A DNA stretch of 64,000 bases from an uncultured Chloroflexia bacterium (GCA_963824175.1 CAWGOD010000001.1:56712-120711), one strand, 5' to 3'; positions 11,257 to 24,427 are shown, numbered from the stretch's first letter. The notes: a model not told the origin generated them from the letters alone. Numbers and translations are program-made.

Positions 11257-12060
11257 GTGCTGGTTCTAATCCGCGGCGGTGGTGATCTGGCTAGTGGAGT
11301 AGCGGTTCGTTTACACCATTCTGGTTTTGATGTTATGCTCACTGAACTGCCCATCCCTCTGGTTGTTCGCCGTACAGTTTCCTTTGCAGAGGCAGTAACT
11401 GATGGGAGCAAGGAAGTTGAAGGCATTACTGCAGTACTGATCCGGACTCCAGGAGAAGTTAAAGAGTCTGTCCGGGCTGGAAATATCCCAGTATTAGTCG
11501 ACCCGGACCTGGCTTGCCTGAAAGAGGTCCGGCCGGATGTTGTGGTGGATGCCCGGATGAGGAAAAAACCACCTGCAGAAGGTAAAGAACTGGCCACGTT
11601 GGTAATAGGATTGGGACCTGGCTTTATTGCTGGAGAGAACTGCCATGCGGTGATCGAAACCAATCGGGGCCACAACCTGGGCCGGGTTATTTGGGCTGGT
11701 CCACCCCAGGAAGATACTGGTATCCCGGGTGTGGTCCAAGGCTTTGCTGCAGAACGTGTCCTGCGGGCTCCTGAAGATGGAAAACTGGTCACCGGAGCAA
11801 AGATCGGTGACAAGGTCAAGAACGGCACTGTGATCGCTTTAGTTGGCAGCCAGGCAGTTCTGGCTCCCTTCGATGGCGTTTTACGGGGATTGATCAAACC
11901 CGGCACCCAGGTAATAAAGGGGATGAAGATCGGAGATGTCGACCCTCGTGATGACCCCACGATCTGCACTCTGGTATCGGATAAATCTCGGGCCGTCGGG
12001 GGAGGTGTGCTGGAAGCTATTCTGGCCTGCCCGGATCTAAGGTCTGGATTATGGATCTAA
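11257..12060 (+). CDS. yqeB: Selenium-dependent molybdenum hydroxylase system protein, YqeB family
   Basis: The N-terminus VLVLIRGGGDLASGVAVRLHHSGFDVMLTELPIPLVVRRTVSFAEAV matches my recollection of the YqeB (TIGR03309-type) signature. A GTG start at 11257 follows a GAGGAGGG RBS. Confidence 0.65.
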   Translation: MLVLIRGGGDLASGVAVRLHHSGFDVMLTELPIPLVVRRTVSFAEAVTDGSKEVEGITAVLIRTPGEVKESVRAGNIPVLVDPDLACLKEVRPDVVVDARMRKKPPAEGKELATLVIGLGPGFIAGENCHAVIETNRGHNLGRVIWAGPPQEDTGIPGVVQGFAAERVLRAPEDGKLVTGAKIGDKVKNGTVIALVGSQAVLAPFDGVLRGLIKPGTQVIKGMKIGDVDPRDDPTICTLVSDKSRAVGGGVLEAILACPDLRSGLWI

Positions 12061-13384
12061 ACCACAGATTTCGATTAGATCAAAACTCAAAAATTGCCCT
12101 GGTAGGGTCGGGCGGAAAAACCACCTTGATGTTCCAGCTGGCCCAGGATTTTGGGACCCGGGTGATCTGTACGACTTCCACTCATATGGCATTGGACCAA
12201 TTAGATGCTGCGGATCATCATTGGGTCTTGAATGACCTTGATGATCTTCCAGATTCGATTGAGGATCTGCCTGGAATGTTATTGCTTTTTACCGGTCCGC
12301 AAGTAGAAGAAAACCGGGTAGGTAGTCCGGCCCCGGAAATTATGGAAGCGCTTGAAGGATTTGGCGGATACCTGGAATTGCCCCATGATCATTGAGGCTG
12401 ATGGTGCCAGGAAACTGCCTATCAAAGCCCCCGCTGAGCATGAACCGGTCATTCCTGAGTTCGTTAATACTGTGATAACTGTGATCGGCCTGTCCGGTCT
12501 GGGAAAACCGCTTACTGAAGAATGGGTCCACAGACCAGGGATTCTATTCTTCTCTTGTAGATCTGCCTTTGGGCGCCAGATTGGAAAGTGAACACCTGGT
12601 CAAAGCACTGACATCCCCGCAGGGTGGTTTGAAGAATATCCCAGCGGATGCCAGGAAGATCTTGCTTATCAACCAGATCGATAGTTTCCCAAATTGGAAA
12701 ACATTTTATCCCCAGCTAGATACTTTGCTGGCCAATTACTCAGCGGTCGCTTTTTCCGTGCTGGAAGACCAGATGCTGTTGGAGGTCCATGAACGGATTG
12801 CCGGGATCGTTCTGGCAGCTGGAGGTTCTTCCCGATTTGGAGAACCAAAGCAACTCCTGGATTGGTTTGGGAAACCCATGGTGAAATTTGTTGCCGAAAA
12901 AGTTATAGCGGCTGGTTGTTCTCCGGTAGTAGTAGTCACCGGAGCGGACCATGATAGCGTTTCCCGGGCACTGGATGGGATCGAGGTTGAAATCGTCTGC
13001 AATACTGGCTGGCAGGTTGGGCAGAGCTCTTCTGTTCGGGCAGCTATCCAGTCTCTCCCGGGAGATATTGGTGCGGCAATCTTTAACTTGGTAGACCAAC
13101 CCCTCATCCCGGTAGAGCTGATTAAAGAGCTGATGAAGAAACATGCCAGAAATCCAGCCCCGATCATCCTGCCAACTATTGATGGAAAACCGGCGAATCC
13201 TGTGCTTTTTGACCAACGTGTGTTCACTGATCTGGAAAAGTTGGAAGGAGATGTTGGCGGTAGGACATTATTTGATAAATATCAACCTGTTACCATTCCA
13301 TGGGATGATCTGGCCAGCCAGGTGGATGTAGATACTCCGGAAGCTTACCAGAAGATCCGTTTTGCGAATGAAGCTGGGGATTGA
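12051..13384 (+). CDS. yqeC: YqeC-like accessory protein fused to a MocA/MobA-like molybdenum cofactor nucleotidyltransferase; two frame breaks (about 12370 and 12580)
   Basis: YqeC-type P-loop IALVGSGGKTTLMFQLA. The C-terminal half has IAGIVLAAGGSSRFGEPKQLLDW, the MobA-like NTP-transferase motif. Three ORF pieces lie in three frames. Confidence 0.65.
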
Positions 13385-13529
13385 TACAAGGGACCCTTTA
13401 CAGAAGTTCCGGATATTACTTTATAGTACAATTTCATCAGGAAGAATATTCGCCCAGGATGACCGTCCATTTTCTGGTGAAAAAATCGAATAAGGAAAAT
13501 ACTTCTCTTCAGAAAAAAAGTGAGAGAAA

Positions 13530-14141
13530 ATGTCTGCTGATGTCATTAGGACTTTTATTGCAGTAGATTTACCAACCAGTGTTCTGGATGCTCTGGGTCA
13601 GATCTCATCTCAGCTCCAGGAAAAAATGCCTGGGACGCCTGTGCGTTGGGTCGATTTTACTAAAATGCATCTGACTCTGAAGTTCCTGGGTGATATTTCC
13701 ACAGAAAACATCGCCATGGTGGAGAAGATCCTCCAATCAGAAGCCTCCAAAAGGCAGGTGATGGAGATCGGTATTGGCGGCATTGGAGCTTTTCCTAAAG
13801 AACGCCATCCCCGAGTGATCTGGATCGGAGTTGAAGCGCCGACGGATTTATTTGATCTCCGGCGTGGGATTGAAGATGGTGTGGCTCGCTTGGGCTATAA
13901 CTATGATAAATACGAGTTTACACCCCATTTGACTTTGGGGAGGATCTCCCGTAAGGCCTCGGCCCGGGATGTCAGAACAGTGGGCACCGTTCTACATGAT
14001 TTCCAGGTGGGATTCATTGGTGTGGCCCGAATCGAAGCAGTGCACTTATATCGAAGTGATCTAAAACCAGATGGGGCGGAATATACCCGGCTCTTCTCTG
14101 CCAAATTAACAGAACAGGATGGGGCAGGTCCCCAGTTATGA
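13530..14141 (+). CDS. thpR: RNA 2',3'-cyclic phosphodiesterase (2H phosphoesterase)
   Basis: Two HxT/S motifs are present: MHLTLKFLG and TPHLTLGRI. Confidence 0.85.
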   Translation: MSADVIRTFIAVDLPTSVLDALGQISSQLQEKMPGTPVRWVDFTKMHLTLKFLGDISTENIAMVEKILQSEASKRQVMEIGIGGIGAFPKERHPRVIWIGVEAPTDLFDLRRGIEDGVARLGYNYDKYEFTPHLTLGRISRKASARDVRTVGTVLHDFQVGFIGVARIEAVHLYRSDLKPDGAEYTRLFSAKLTEQDGAGPQL

Positions 14142-14195
14142 TTAGATACGAGGTGAATTCTGGAAACTAGGAAAGTAGCGGACTTTATTGTCAAG

Positions 14196-14504
14196 GTGTT
14201 AGATGATAAGAAGGGGGAAGATATCCATTTGTTGGATATCCACGAAAACTCAATCTTGGCTGATTATTTTGTTATTTGCTCAGGGACCAGTTCCCGGATG
14301 GTAAAGGGACTGATGTCAGAAATTGAGGATGAGGTCAAAAAGAAGTATGGCCTAAATGCCCGCATAGAAGGTGAATCCAATTCCGGTTGGATGCTGGCAG
14401 ATTACGGATCTGTGATCGTGCATATCTTCTCTCCCAATCAACGGGAGCATTACAGCCTGGAAGAGCTGTGGTCTGAAGCGAAAACAATCCTGCGTTTAGT
14501 GTAG
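14196..14504 (+). CDS. rsfS: Ribosome silencing factor RsfS
   Basis: DKKGEDIHLLDI...ADYFVICSGTSSRMV...GWMLADYGSVIVHIF. Homology seems to extend upstream to about 14160 (LETRKVADFIVK), where there is no canonical start codon. Confidence 0.85.
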   Translation: MLDDKKGEDIHLLDIHENSILADYFVICSGTSSRMVKGLMSEIEDEVKKKYGLNARIEGESNSGWMLADYGSVIVHIFSPNQREHYSLEELWSEAKTILRLV

Positions 14505-14512
14505 GTATAGAT

Positions 14513-14588
14513 TAGTGATCAGTATTCAGTGGTCAGTGATCAGATTAAGAATCAAGATACCTGAACACTGATTACTGTTTACTTTTTC
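14513..14588. terminator. Long hairpin between the convergent rsfS and SDR genes
   Basis: Arms 14513-14529 (TAGTGATCAGTATTCAG) and 14561-14577 (CTGAACACTGATTACTG) pair over 17 bp with one mismatch and two wobble pairs. They are followed by TTTACTTTTTC. Confidence 0.45.
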
Positions 14589-14674
14589 ATTTCTTGAACA
14601 GATCCCCATCTCATCACTCCCTTCCTCGATCTCCGGTCTTGTGCAGCGTCATCCCGTTTCATCCGTCCATACTT

Positions 14675-15470
14675 CTACATCGTCCCCTTAACCATCCCGC
14701 CATCTACAGTTAACATCACCCCTGTGATATAGGAGGATGCGGGTGATAACAGGAACGCAGCTGCCCGGCCGATCTCGTCCGGGGAAGCCATCCGTCCTAG
14801 AGGGCATTCAGCTGTGATCTTGTCCATTTCCTTTTCCACTGTTGAGCCAGCTTTGTTCTGCTCTGAATTCCAACAGTCTCCTGGACTCGTTCGGTTTTTG
14901 TCCAACCGGGTAAGATTGAGTTGAATCGGATCCCATCTGGTCCCAGTTCCAGTGCCAGTGATTTGGTTAAGCCTACGGTGGCTGCCCGAATGCTGTTTGA
15001 AAGGATTAGGTTGGGGATGGGCTGCTTGACGGAATAAGATGTAATGGTCAGCACACTGGCCGAACTGGATTTCTTTAGATAGGGCAGGGCAGCTCTGATC
15101 AAGCGAACGTGGCTTAAGAACGCCAGAGTTAGTGGCATTCTTGCCATACCTCTTCAGAATGAGCTTCAAATTTCCCTGAGGGAGGACCGCCAGTATTGGT
15201 GACCAGTAGATCCAATCCATCCAGTTTCTCTGCTGCTTTATTGATTAAAACCTGGGCGCCGTCAGCGCTGGCTGCATCCCCGACCAGGTAATGGATCTCA
15301 GCTCCGGTTTCACTTTGGAGGAATTTAGCTGATTCTTTGAGGCGTTGTTCGTCCCGTCCATTGATAACAACCCGGCAGCCTTCTTCTGCCAGGATCCTGG
15401 CTGCTGCAAATCCCAATCCCCGGCTGGAACCAGCCAGGAATGCTTTTTTCCCTTTTAATAAAAGATCCAT
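14675..15470 (-). CDS. SDR-family oxidoreductase; two frame breaks
   Basis: Rossmann motif [17 protein letters not shown] at the N-terminus. The middle piece is [32 protein letters not shown] and the C-terminus is [14 protein letters not shown]. The three pieces are in three frames. Confidence 0.75.
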
Positions 15471-15479
15471 AATTTCTCC

Positions 15480-15764
15480 TTAGATCAATTCGATTCGTTC
15501 TTGGATGATTGGTAGGTGGGGATAATGATTTTCTACCCAGGACACAATTTTCTGTAAACTGCGCTGTGTATGGGCACCGCTGTTGCTGAGATAGGTACAC
15601 CCTATCAAGGCTTCCTGCCAGCGGTCCTGGTAGTCTAGCTCTGCCACCGAAACGTTAAATTCTCTCTGCAGTCGAGTGATGAGTGGTTTCAACTGGCTTC
15701 TCTTTTCCTTCAGGGAAGCACAAATGGGAATGCTCAAATGCAGGGTAAGTAAACCAATTGCCAT
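15480..15764 (-). CDS. DUF503-family protein (YlxP-like)
   Basis: 94-aa ORF MAIGLLTLHLSIPICASLKEKRSQLKPLITRLQREFNVSVAE matches the DUF503 pattern. Confidence 0.7.
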   Translation of the reverse strand: MAIGLLTLHLSIPICASLKEKRSQLKPLITRLQREFNVSVAELDYQDRWQEALIGCTYLSNSGAHTQRSLQKIVSWVENHYPHLPIIQERIELI

Positions 15765-15769
15765 TTAAT

Positions 15770-16610
15770 TCACTCTTTTCTTGGAGTGCCTTCGGTCCAG
15801 GCCGGATGTCCGAATTGCTCAGATTCCAGTAGAAGGGCGTGATCCAATTCGTCAGAAGATAATTCCCCTTCTACCAGGTTGAGGTTCAGGACCCTGGAAA
15901 AACTATTAGCCAATATTTCAGCAGCTTGATCCCAGCTGATCTCAATGCCCAGCACATCATAAACGGTTGCCGCCTTCTGAAGGAGTATCTCACCGGCCTG
16001 TTGGCGTTCAGCATTTGTCTGGTAGCGAAGGGCTTTGGTAATTCGAGTCAAATCTCCAATCAAGGGGAGGCTGCCGTGCTGGAGCAGACCGTTTTTTTTA
16101 CGGGCTTGGGCGCTGCCGATGATCTTCTTCCCATTTGCGGTGATCTCAAAATCGGATGGGTTTTCAAAGCAAACTGGCTGGTGATGGGCCTCCGGGTTTT
16201 TCCCCGCATGCACTTCCACAGGCAATCCCATCTGGGACAGGGCTTCGAACAAAGCCCGTGGAGATATGCTGGTAGCTATCCATTAAATTGCCTGCCAGTC
16301 GGGGATCGCTTTTCGGTCCGATCACCGCATAGGTCAGCTCATCGGTATGAAGGATAGCCCGCCCCCCGGTTGGACGGCGAACAAGGTCCCAACCATTGGC
16401 TGAGAGTTGATGTAAATCAACATCAGAATAAGCCTGACTGTATCCCAGAGATAAACAGGGTGGGTCCCAGCTGTACAGGCGCAGGGTGGGGGGAGCTTCT
16501 CCGCGTTCCACCGCGGCCAGGATAGCTGAATCAATAGCCATGTTTCGGGTGCCAGGCATTGGATCGGAGAGGATCAGGCGCCAGGTTGTCAGTGGAAAGG
16601 TCTCAGTCAT
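15770..16610 (-). CDS. Lipoate-protein ligase / octanoyltransferase family protein (BPL_LplA_LipB domain); one frame break near 16250
   Basis: PTLRLYSWDPPCLSLGY, RRPTGGRAILH and NGKKIIGSAQARKKNGLLQHGSL. Confidence 0.75.
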
Positions 16611-16801
16611 AGGGAGAATTATAGCTTATCCCTTCCTGATGGCATTTTTATTCATCAAGGAGGATAAGGAAATTATCAGCATGAGAATGACCTAAAAACA
16701 GGCCAAGTGGGGGATTAAGGCCAAAAATGAGCCAATTATCGTTAAAAAATGCCTTTTTAAGTGGGTTATTCCTTGCAAAAAACAGTACTTTCATATATAC
16801 T

Positions 16802-16837
16802 GTGGGTAAATTGTGGGTGAAAGTGGTAAATAGTGGT
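16802..16837 (+). promoter_or_regulatory. Four direct GTGG(G/T) repeats with 10-11 bp spacing upstream of mraZ (candidate MraZ operator)
   Basis: GTGGG at 16802 and 16813, GTGGT at 16823 and 16833, ending 47 bp upstream of the mraZ ATG. Confidence 0.5.
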
Positions 16838-16883
16838 TCGCCGGGAAACCGGCGATCTGTGTTTAATAAAGGGAACCGAACAT

Positions 16884-18240
<1,357 letters not shown>

Positions 18241-18316
18241 ATTGAGTGGCACAGGGCTTGCAATTAATTAAAGGATACTTAGTAATCGCAGAGAGGAAAG
18301 CAACCAGGCACAAGTT

Positions 18317-18784
18317 ATGACAGAATCCTTGAACCAGGCCTACTCGAATTCGCCACGGCGCCAAAAACTCCAGATCATCGGTAGTGTTTTTATGGCGATT
18401 GTGATCGCTGCGGTTATGTTGATCCTTTACCTGGTGGTTTCAGCCAGAGTGGTTTCCATGGGAAGGCAGCTGCAGCAAGCCAAAGATGAAATTGATCAGC
18501 TGGTTTATCAGGGCGTGAATTATCGCAACCAGATAGCTCAACTGTCACGTTTTGATGTGATGGAATTAAAAGCCGTAGAGATGGGTTTCCGTGCTCCGTA
18601 TCCGGGAGAGGTGTTTTATGTGCCGGTGCCAGGATACAAACAGGGACCCGAGACTCATGTTGAGATCCAGCAAGATACCCGACCGGCTGTGATCAATGTG
18701 AATTTATTGGAATATCACCAAAGTTTGATTGATTGGGTAGGGGAGCAGTTGAATAATATTCTGCGACCCTTTGAGGGTTTATGA
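18317..18784 (+). CDS. FtsL-like bitopic cell-division membrane protein (call based on position)
   Basis: One TM segment (IIGSVFMAIVIAAVMLILYLVV) followed by a coiled-coil-like stretch, located between rsmH and ftsI. Confidence 0.5.
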   Translation: MTESLNQAYSNSPRRQKLQIIGSVFMAIVIAAVMLILYLVVSARVVSMGRQLQQAKDEIDQLVYQGVNYRNQIAQLSRFDVMELKAVEMGFRAPYPGEVFYVPVPGYKQGPETHVEIQQDTRPAVINVNLLEYHQSLIDWVGEQLNNILRPFEGL

Positions 18785-20624
18785 ACGAAAAGATCACCTA
18801 CAACTGGCGTTTCATAACCATCGCGTTGTTGTTTAGCCTGTTTGGGCTGGCTATTATCGCTCAGATGGTGCGCATTCAGTTGACTGTGAATGGCGGTGAT
18901 CTTCCTAGCTCCAGTTTATTAGGACAGTGGGAGACAGCAGCTTCCCGGCGGGGATTGATCTTGGACCGCAACGGACATGTATTGGCTGGAAATCAGACAG
19001 TCTATGCGGTGGATGTCAATTTCAGTGATTTTTATCAGTCAGGTGAGATTGAAGAAGTAAAAATGCTGGCTGATCTGGCAATTGAAGTATTTGGAATAAA
19101 TAATCAGTATTTGCTGGAGTTCCTGCGAGAGGAACCGAGGCCATTAACTAAAAATATCACCGTTGAGCGTTTTGCTTCTCAGGAGGACCTGCTCAATTTT
19201 CTGGCTCTGGTAGAGAACTATTACGCGGGGATTCCGCGGGAGCTGGTTGATGGTGAACCATCTAGAGGGAATTGCCATCTCACTTGAGGAAAGAGTAGAG
19301 GTGATAGATTGTTCTCATTTAATCAGAGTGAGCTGTACACCTCACCTGATCAGGTCCTATCCAGAGAAGAAACTGGCGTCAAATATTATTGGATTTGTAA
19401 TGAGAGATACAAAACAAGGCCAGTTGGGCATAGAAGAAAAATATGATTCTACACTGTTCGGCAATGACCGGACCCTGTGGGCTTTGTGGGATCCTCATAA
19501 AGCTGATCAGGCCCCTGATCCGGACCATGGAGCAAATATCATTTTGACTATTGACAGTGTGCTTCAGGCTGATGTTGAGAACATCCTTGATAAAACCATT
19601 CAGAAAACCGGCGCCCTGGCGGGTACAGTGATCGTGATGGACCCTCAAACCGGGGAGATCCTGGCGATGGCTTCATCCCCCCGGGCGGATATCAATCAGT
19701 ATTGGTCTGATGAGTACCTGGATATTATCAACAACCACGAGAATGTATTCAATTATGCTATTAGATCTTATGAGCCAGGTTCAGTTGTGAAAGTTTTGAC
19801 CATGGCTGCCGCATTGGATGCAGGAGTTGTGGAACCAAATACCGAATTCATCGACGAAGGTGAGATCGAGATCGGCGGCGTGACCATCAAGAACTGGAAC
19901 GAAAAAGCCTGGGGTCCTCAGAATATGACCTCCTGCATGCAGAATTCTCTGAATGTCTGCCTGGCTTGGGTGGCAACTGAACTGGAGTCTGAGCAGTTTT
20001 ATAACTACTTCCAGGATTTTGGTTTTGGCCAGATGACCGGTATAGAACTTTCAGGAGAAGCCCCCGGGTTGGTGAAAAGCTACTGGAGCCCGGATTATAC
20101 TCGTTCCGAACTGGGAACCAACGCTTTTGGACAGGGCATAGAGATCACGCCCATGCAGATGGTGAAGGCAATTTCCGCCATTGCCAATCAACGGTGAAAT
20201 GGTGGCTCCCCGGATCATCCACTCCATTGTGGATGATGGTTACCGTTATACACCTCCAAAAACCGTGGTGGGTCATCCGATTACTGCCGAAACAGCCCAA
20301 ACGTTAACGGATATGCTTCAAGAATCCCTTCAGAATGAATCCTCCCTGGCGCTAGTTCCAGGTTATAGCCTGGCAGGGAAAACAGGTACCGCAGAAATTT
20401 ACGTCCCCGGACAGGGATATAAGAGTACAGCCACAAATACATCATTCGTTGGTTGGGGACCTACTGATGATCCCCAATTCCTGGTTTATGTTTGGATCTC
20501 CAAACCTTCAGCATCCATTTGGGGTTCGGAGATCGCAGCGCCAGTATTTAGAAAAGTGGTTGAGAAACTAGTCATTCATCTGGGCATTCCGCCGGATGCA
20601 GTTAGAGTGGCTTTAGAGGAATAG
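18781..20624 (+). CDS. ftsI: Penicillin-binding protein (FtsI/PBP2-type transpeptidase); two frame breaks (about 19260 and 20190)
   Basis: SxxK motif (EPGSVVK), SxN motif (QNSLN) and KTG motif (AGKTGTA). The three ORF pieces are in three frames. Confidence 0.85.
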
Positions 20625-20628
20625 ATCG

Positions 20629-22051
20629 ATGATTACATTGGGTGTGGTACTTGAAGTACTGACAGGAAAAACGTCCCGCTGGGCAGATCAGATCATTGCC
20701 GATGTGGGTATAGATTCCCGCACCCTGATACCTGGATCCATGTTTGTAGCCATGCAGGGGGAAACAGCTGATGGTCATGATTATGTCAGCGATGCGTTTG
20801 AAAAAGGTGCTTCATTTGCATTGATCGATAGAGCAGTTGATCCTCAGCTCCGGGTCATTGATTGCCGGCCGGGGTCGGATCTTGATCTGGATCAGGAAGT
20901 TGAAGTGCCGTTTTGTCTCCTGGTAGAAGACACTTTGGAAGCGCTTCAGCGAGTGGCTGGAGAATGGCGGAAACGACTGGACCTGCGGGTGATCGCTATA
21001 ACCGGCAGTGTTGGTAAATCCACTACAAAGGAACTTACCACAACAGTGTTAAAACAACGCTACCGCACATTGAAGAATTCGGGCAATTTGAATAATGAGA
21101 TCGGTTTACCAATGACCCTCTGGCGTTTGAGTTCGGGGCATCAACGGGCAGTACTCGAGATGGGCTTTTATGTGCCCGGAGAGATTGAGTTTCTGTGCGA
21201 ATTGGCCCAACCCGTGGTGGGTGTATTGACCACAATCGGCACTGTTCATGCCGAACGAGCAGGTTCTCAGGATGAAATTGCCCGCGGAAAATCAGAATTA
21301 GTCCAGGCTTTACCGGCTGGGCCAGAAGGTGTGGCTATCCTCAATTATGATGATGAACGAGTCCGTGCGATGGCGGATCTAACTCAGGCAAGGATCTTTT
21401 ATTATGGGTTAAGTCCGAATGCCGATCTTTGGGCAGATGAAGTAGAAGGATTGGGGTTGGAAGGTATCAAGTTCAGACTAAATTACCAGGGAGAAAGCAT
21501 TTATCTGAAAGTTCCCCTGATTGGCAGGCACTCTGTCCATACTGTTCTGCGTGCAGCGGCCGTAGGCTTGGTTGAAGGATATGACCTGGGAGGAGATTGG
21601 GCGTGGATTGAGATCAGAACATACCCAGCTGCGCCTTGTTGCGGTCCGGTCATCTAGTGGAGCCTTGATCCTGGATGATACCTATAACGCATCTCCAAAA
21701 TCGATGCTGGCAGACCTGAACTTGCTAGAAGAGATGGATGGCCGCAAGATAGCTGTTCTGGGAGATATGCTGGAATTGGGCCGTTATGAACACCAGGGGC
21801 ATATGAAGGTTGGGATCCGGGCAGCCGAAGTGGCAGATGTTCTGGTAACAGTAGGTGAGAGAGCAAATATCATTGCCAGGGCAGCAGCTGAAAATAGGCT
21901 GAAACAGGAAAGAATTCACTCATTTGCAGAGAGCACTGCTGTGATTCCTTTTTTGAATGAATTTTTACAGGAAGATGATGTCGTTTTAGTAAAAGGATCA
22001 AGAGGCATGAGGATGGACAAAATAGTAGCAGCCCTGGAGGTAGGATCATGA
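20629..22051 (+). CDS. murF: UDP-N-acetylmuramoyl-tripeptide--D-alanyl-D-alanine ligase; frame break near 21600
   Basis: ITGSVGKSTTKE and the MurF-typical NLNNEIGLPMTL motif. Confidence 0.85.
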
Positions 22052-23043
22052 ATAATACCTCGATGGCATTGGCACTTTCAGCCTTTTCGTTCTTATTAAC
22101 TTTGATCTGGGGCCAGCCCCTGCTCAGAGTATTGAGGATGCTAAAGATTGGTGAGCATATCCGGGTTGACGGACCCAAAAGTCATCTATCGAAATTAGGC
22201 ACTCCCACAATGGGTGGCGTTTTAATCATGTTCCCATTGGCCTTATTGACCATCCTGTTCAATGCTGTAAAAGTATTTGGTGTATCGATTTTCGGCAACT
22301 CAACTTTGGTGCCGTTGGTCGTATTTGGAGCCTTTGCCTTGATCGGCTCTATTGACGATTGGTTCAGTTTGAGAGAAATTCGGGATGGAGATGGGCTTAT
22401 CTGCCCTGGCCAAACTCATTCTGCAGTTAGCGATATCTATCGCCACTGTTTTGGTGCTGCGGTATGGTGTTGGATGTTCCTGAGCTGTATCTTCCAGGGA
22501 TTGATTTCGAGATTAAATTAGGTATTCTGGTACTTCCCAATTGCAGTGATTGCGATTGCGGGTTTTTCAAATGCTGTCAATTTTACAGACGGTTTAGATG
22601 GGCTGGCGGGGTTGATCTCCGCCACAGCTTTTGCGGCCTACGGGGCGATTGCCCTTATCCAGGGGCAGATCTACCTGGCCCGCTTCTGTTTTATCTTGGT
22701 CGGAGCAATTTTCGGATTCCTGTGGTTCAACGTGCACCCGGCGGAGCTTTTTATGGGAGATACTGGTTCTCTTGCCCTGGGCGCGACTTTGGCCGTAGTG
22801 GCGTTGATGACCGGGCAATGGGCTGTTCTGCCGATCATCGGCATAATCCCACTCAGCGAATTGTTAAGTGTAGTTATCCAGGTAGTATTTTTCAAACTTA
22901 CTAAAGGCCGGCGTGTCTTTAAAATGACGCCACTGCATCATCATTTTGAATTACTAGGTTGGAGTGAGACCCAGATCGTTCAGCGGTTCTGGTTAATTGG
23001 ATTGGTAGCAGGTTTAGTGGGCATAGCGCTGTCATTAGTGTGA
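22048..23043 (+). CDS. mraY: Phospho-N-acetylmuramoyl-pentapeptide transferase; about three frame breaks between 22380 and 22550
   Basis: [24 protein letters not shown] and [13 protein letters not shown]. Confidence 0.9.
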
Positions 23044-24427
23044 TGAATAAAGATTATCAAGGCAAACACCTGGTGATCCTGGGAGCCGCCCGTCAGGGAT
23101 TGGCTCTGGCAAAATATCTTAGTGCTCACGGGGCAACAGTAACAGTTACAGATCATAAGGATGCAAAAGTGCTTCAAGACGTAATCAGCGATTTTCAGGA
23201 AGGCGAGATCAATTGGGTCCTAGGTGGACACCCGATTGAGCTATTGGACGAGGCAGATTATCTGTCATTGTCCGGTGGCGTTCCCTTAACGATCCCGCTG
23301 GTTCAGGAAGCGCTATTACGAGGTATTCCGCTCACGAATGACTCCCAGATCTTCCTGGAAATGGTTCCCTGTCCGGTGATAGGTATCACAGGGTCAGCTG
23401 GAAAAACAACTACCACTTTATTGGTCGGAAAAATGGCAGAGTTGCCCTTGAAGAATCTCGAACTTGGATCGGTGGGAATATTGGAAACCCCCTGATCAGT
23501 GATTTGGATCAGATGGAGCAGGATCATATTGCTGTCATGGAATTGTCCAGTTTCCAATTGGAACAAATGAGCACTTCGCCAACAATTGCTTGTATTCTAA
23601 ACATCACACCCAATCACCTGGATCGGCACGGTACTATGCAGGCTTATACCCGTGCAAAGGCCCGGATCCTGGAAGCTCAATTGGAATCTGATATTGCTGT
23701 CCTGAATCGAGAAGACCCGGGATCATGGGCGCTGCAAAATGAGGTCCGGGGACAGCTGATCAGTTTTGGCCGCCAGAAACCAGAAAATGGACAGGTTGGG
23801 ACATATTTGGAAGAGGATTGGATTTGTTATTGGGATGGGGAAGAATCCCATCAATTGATCTCCAATAAAAGCATCAAATTGAGGGGTGCTCATAATCAGA
23901 TGAATGTGTTGGCTGCCTGTGCCATCGCTACCGCTGCAGAATTTCCGGTAGAGGCAATGCTAAAAGGTGTGGAAGCCTTGGAAGGTGTTCCGCATAGGTT
24001 AGAGCTTGTCCGGAAGTGGGGTGGGGTGGATTGGGTGAATGATTCCAAAGCGACTACTCCAAAGGGCTCGATTGCTGCGTTGAATTCATTCCAGGAACCG
24101 TTGGTTTTACTGGCAGGCGGACGGGATAAAAACTTGCCCTGGCAGGATTTTTCGCAGTTGGTATTAGAACGGGTCAGGTATTTGATCCTCTTCGGCGAAG
24201 CTGCTGATCTGATCGAAAAATCCCTGATCGCTGAGCTGAGTCCGGGACAGGAAATGATTTCTTACCATAAATGTTCTGGATTAGAGGAAGCCATCAAGGC
24301 CGCAGCGGAGATTTGTGAAAAAGGAGATGTGGTTTTGCTCTCACCAGGCGGGACCAGTTTTGATGAATTTATTGATTTTGAAGAAAGAGGAGAGAAGTTC
24401 AGATTATGGGTAAACGAACTGAACTGA
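23040..24427 (+). CDS. murD: UDP-N-acetylmuramoylalanine--D-glutamate ligase; frame break near 23440
   Basis: [24 protein letters not shown] (in the shifted frame), [10 protein letters not shown] and NDSKATTP. Confidence 0.9.

Noticed and set aside
11238-11969. Long antisense ORFs opposite well-supported genes: 11238-11969 opposite yqeB, 12736-13227 opposite the MocA-like part, 33679-34284 opposite ftsZ, and 4618-4851 opposite the binding-protein gene.
   Set aside because: Their translations are low-complexity (rich in Ser, Pro, Arg and Thr) with no recognisable motifs. Each fully overlaps a gene with strong family signatures on the other strand. They are typical shadow ORFs.
14505-14600. 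Repeated GTGATCAG / CAGTGATCAG strings that look like a short repeat array.
   Set aside because: They resolve into the two arms and loop of a single long hairpin between convergent genes. There is no repeat-spacer periodicity, so this is not a CRISPR or a binding-site array.
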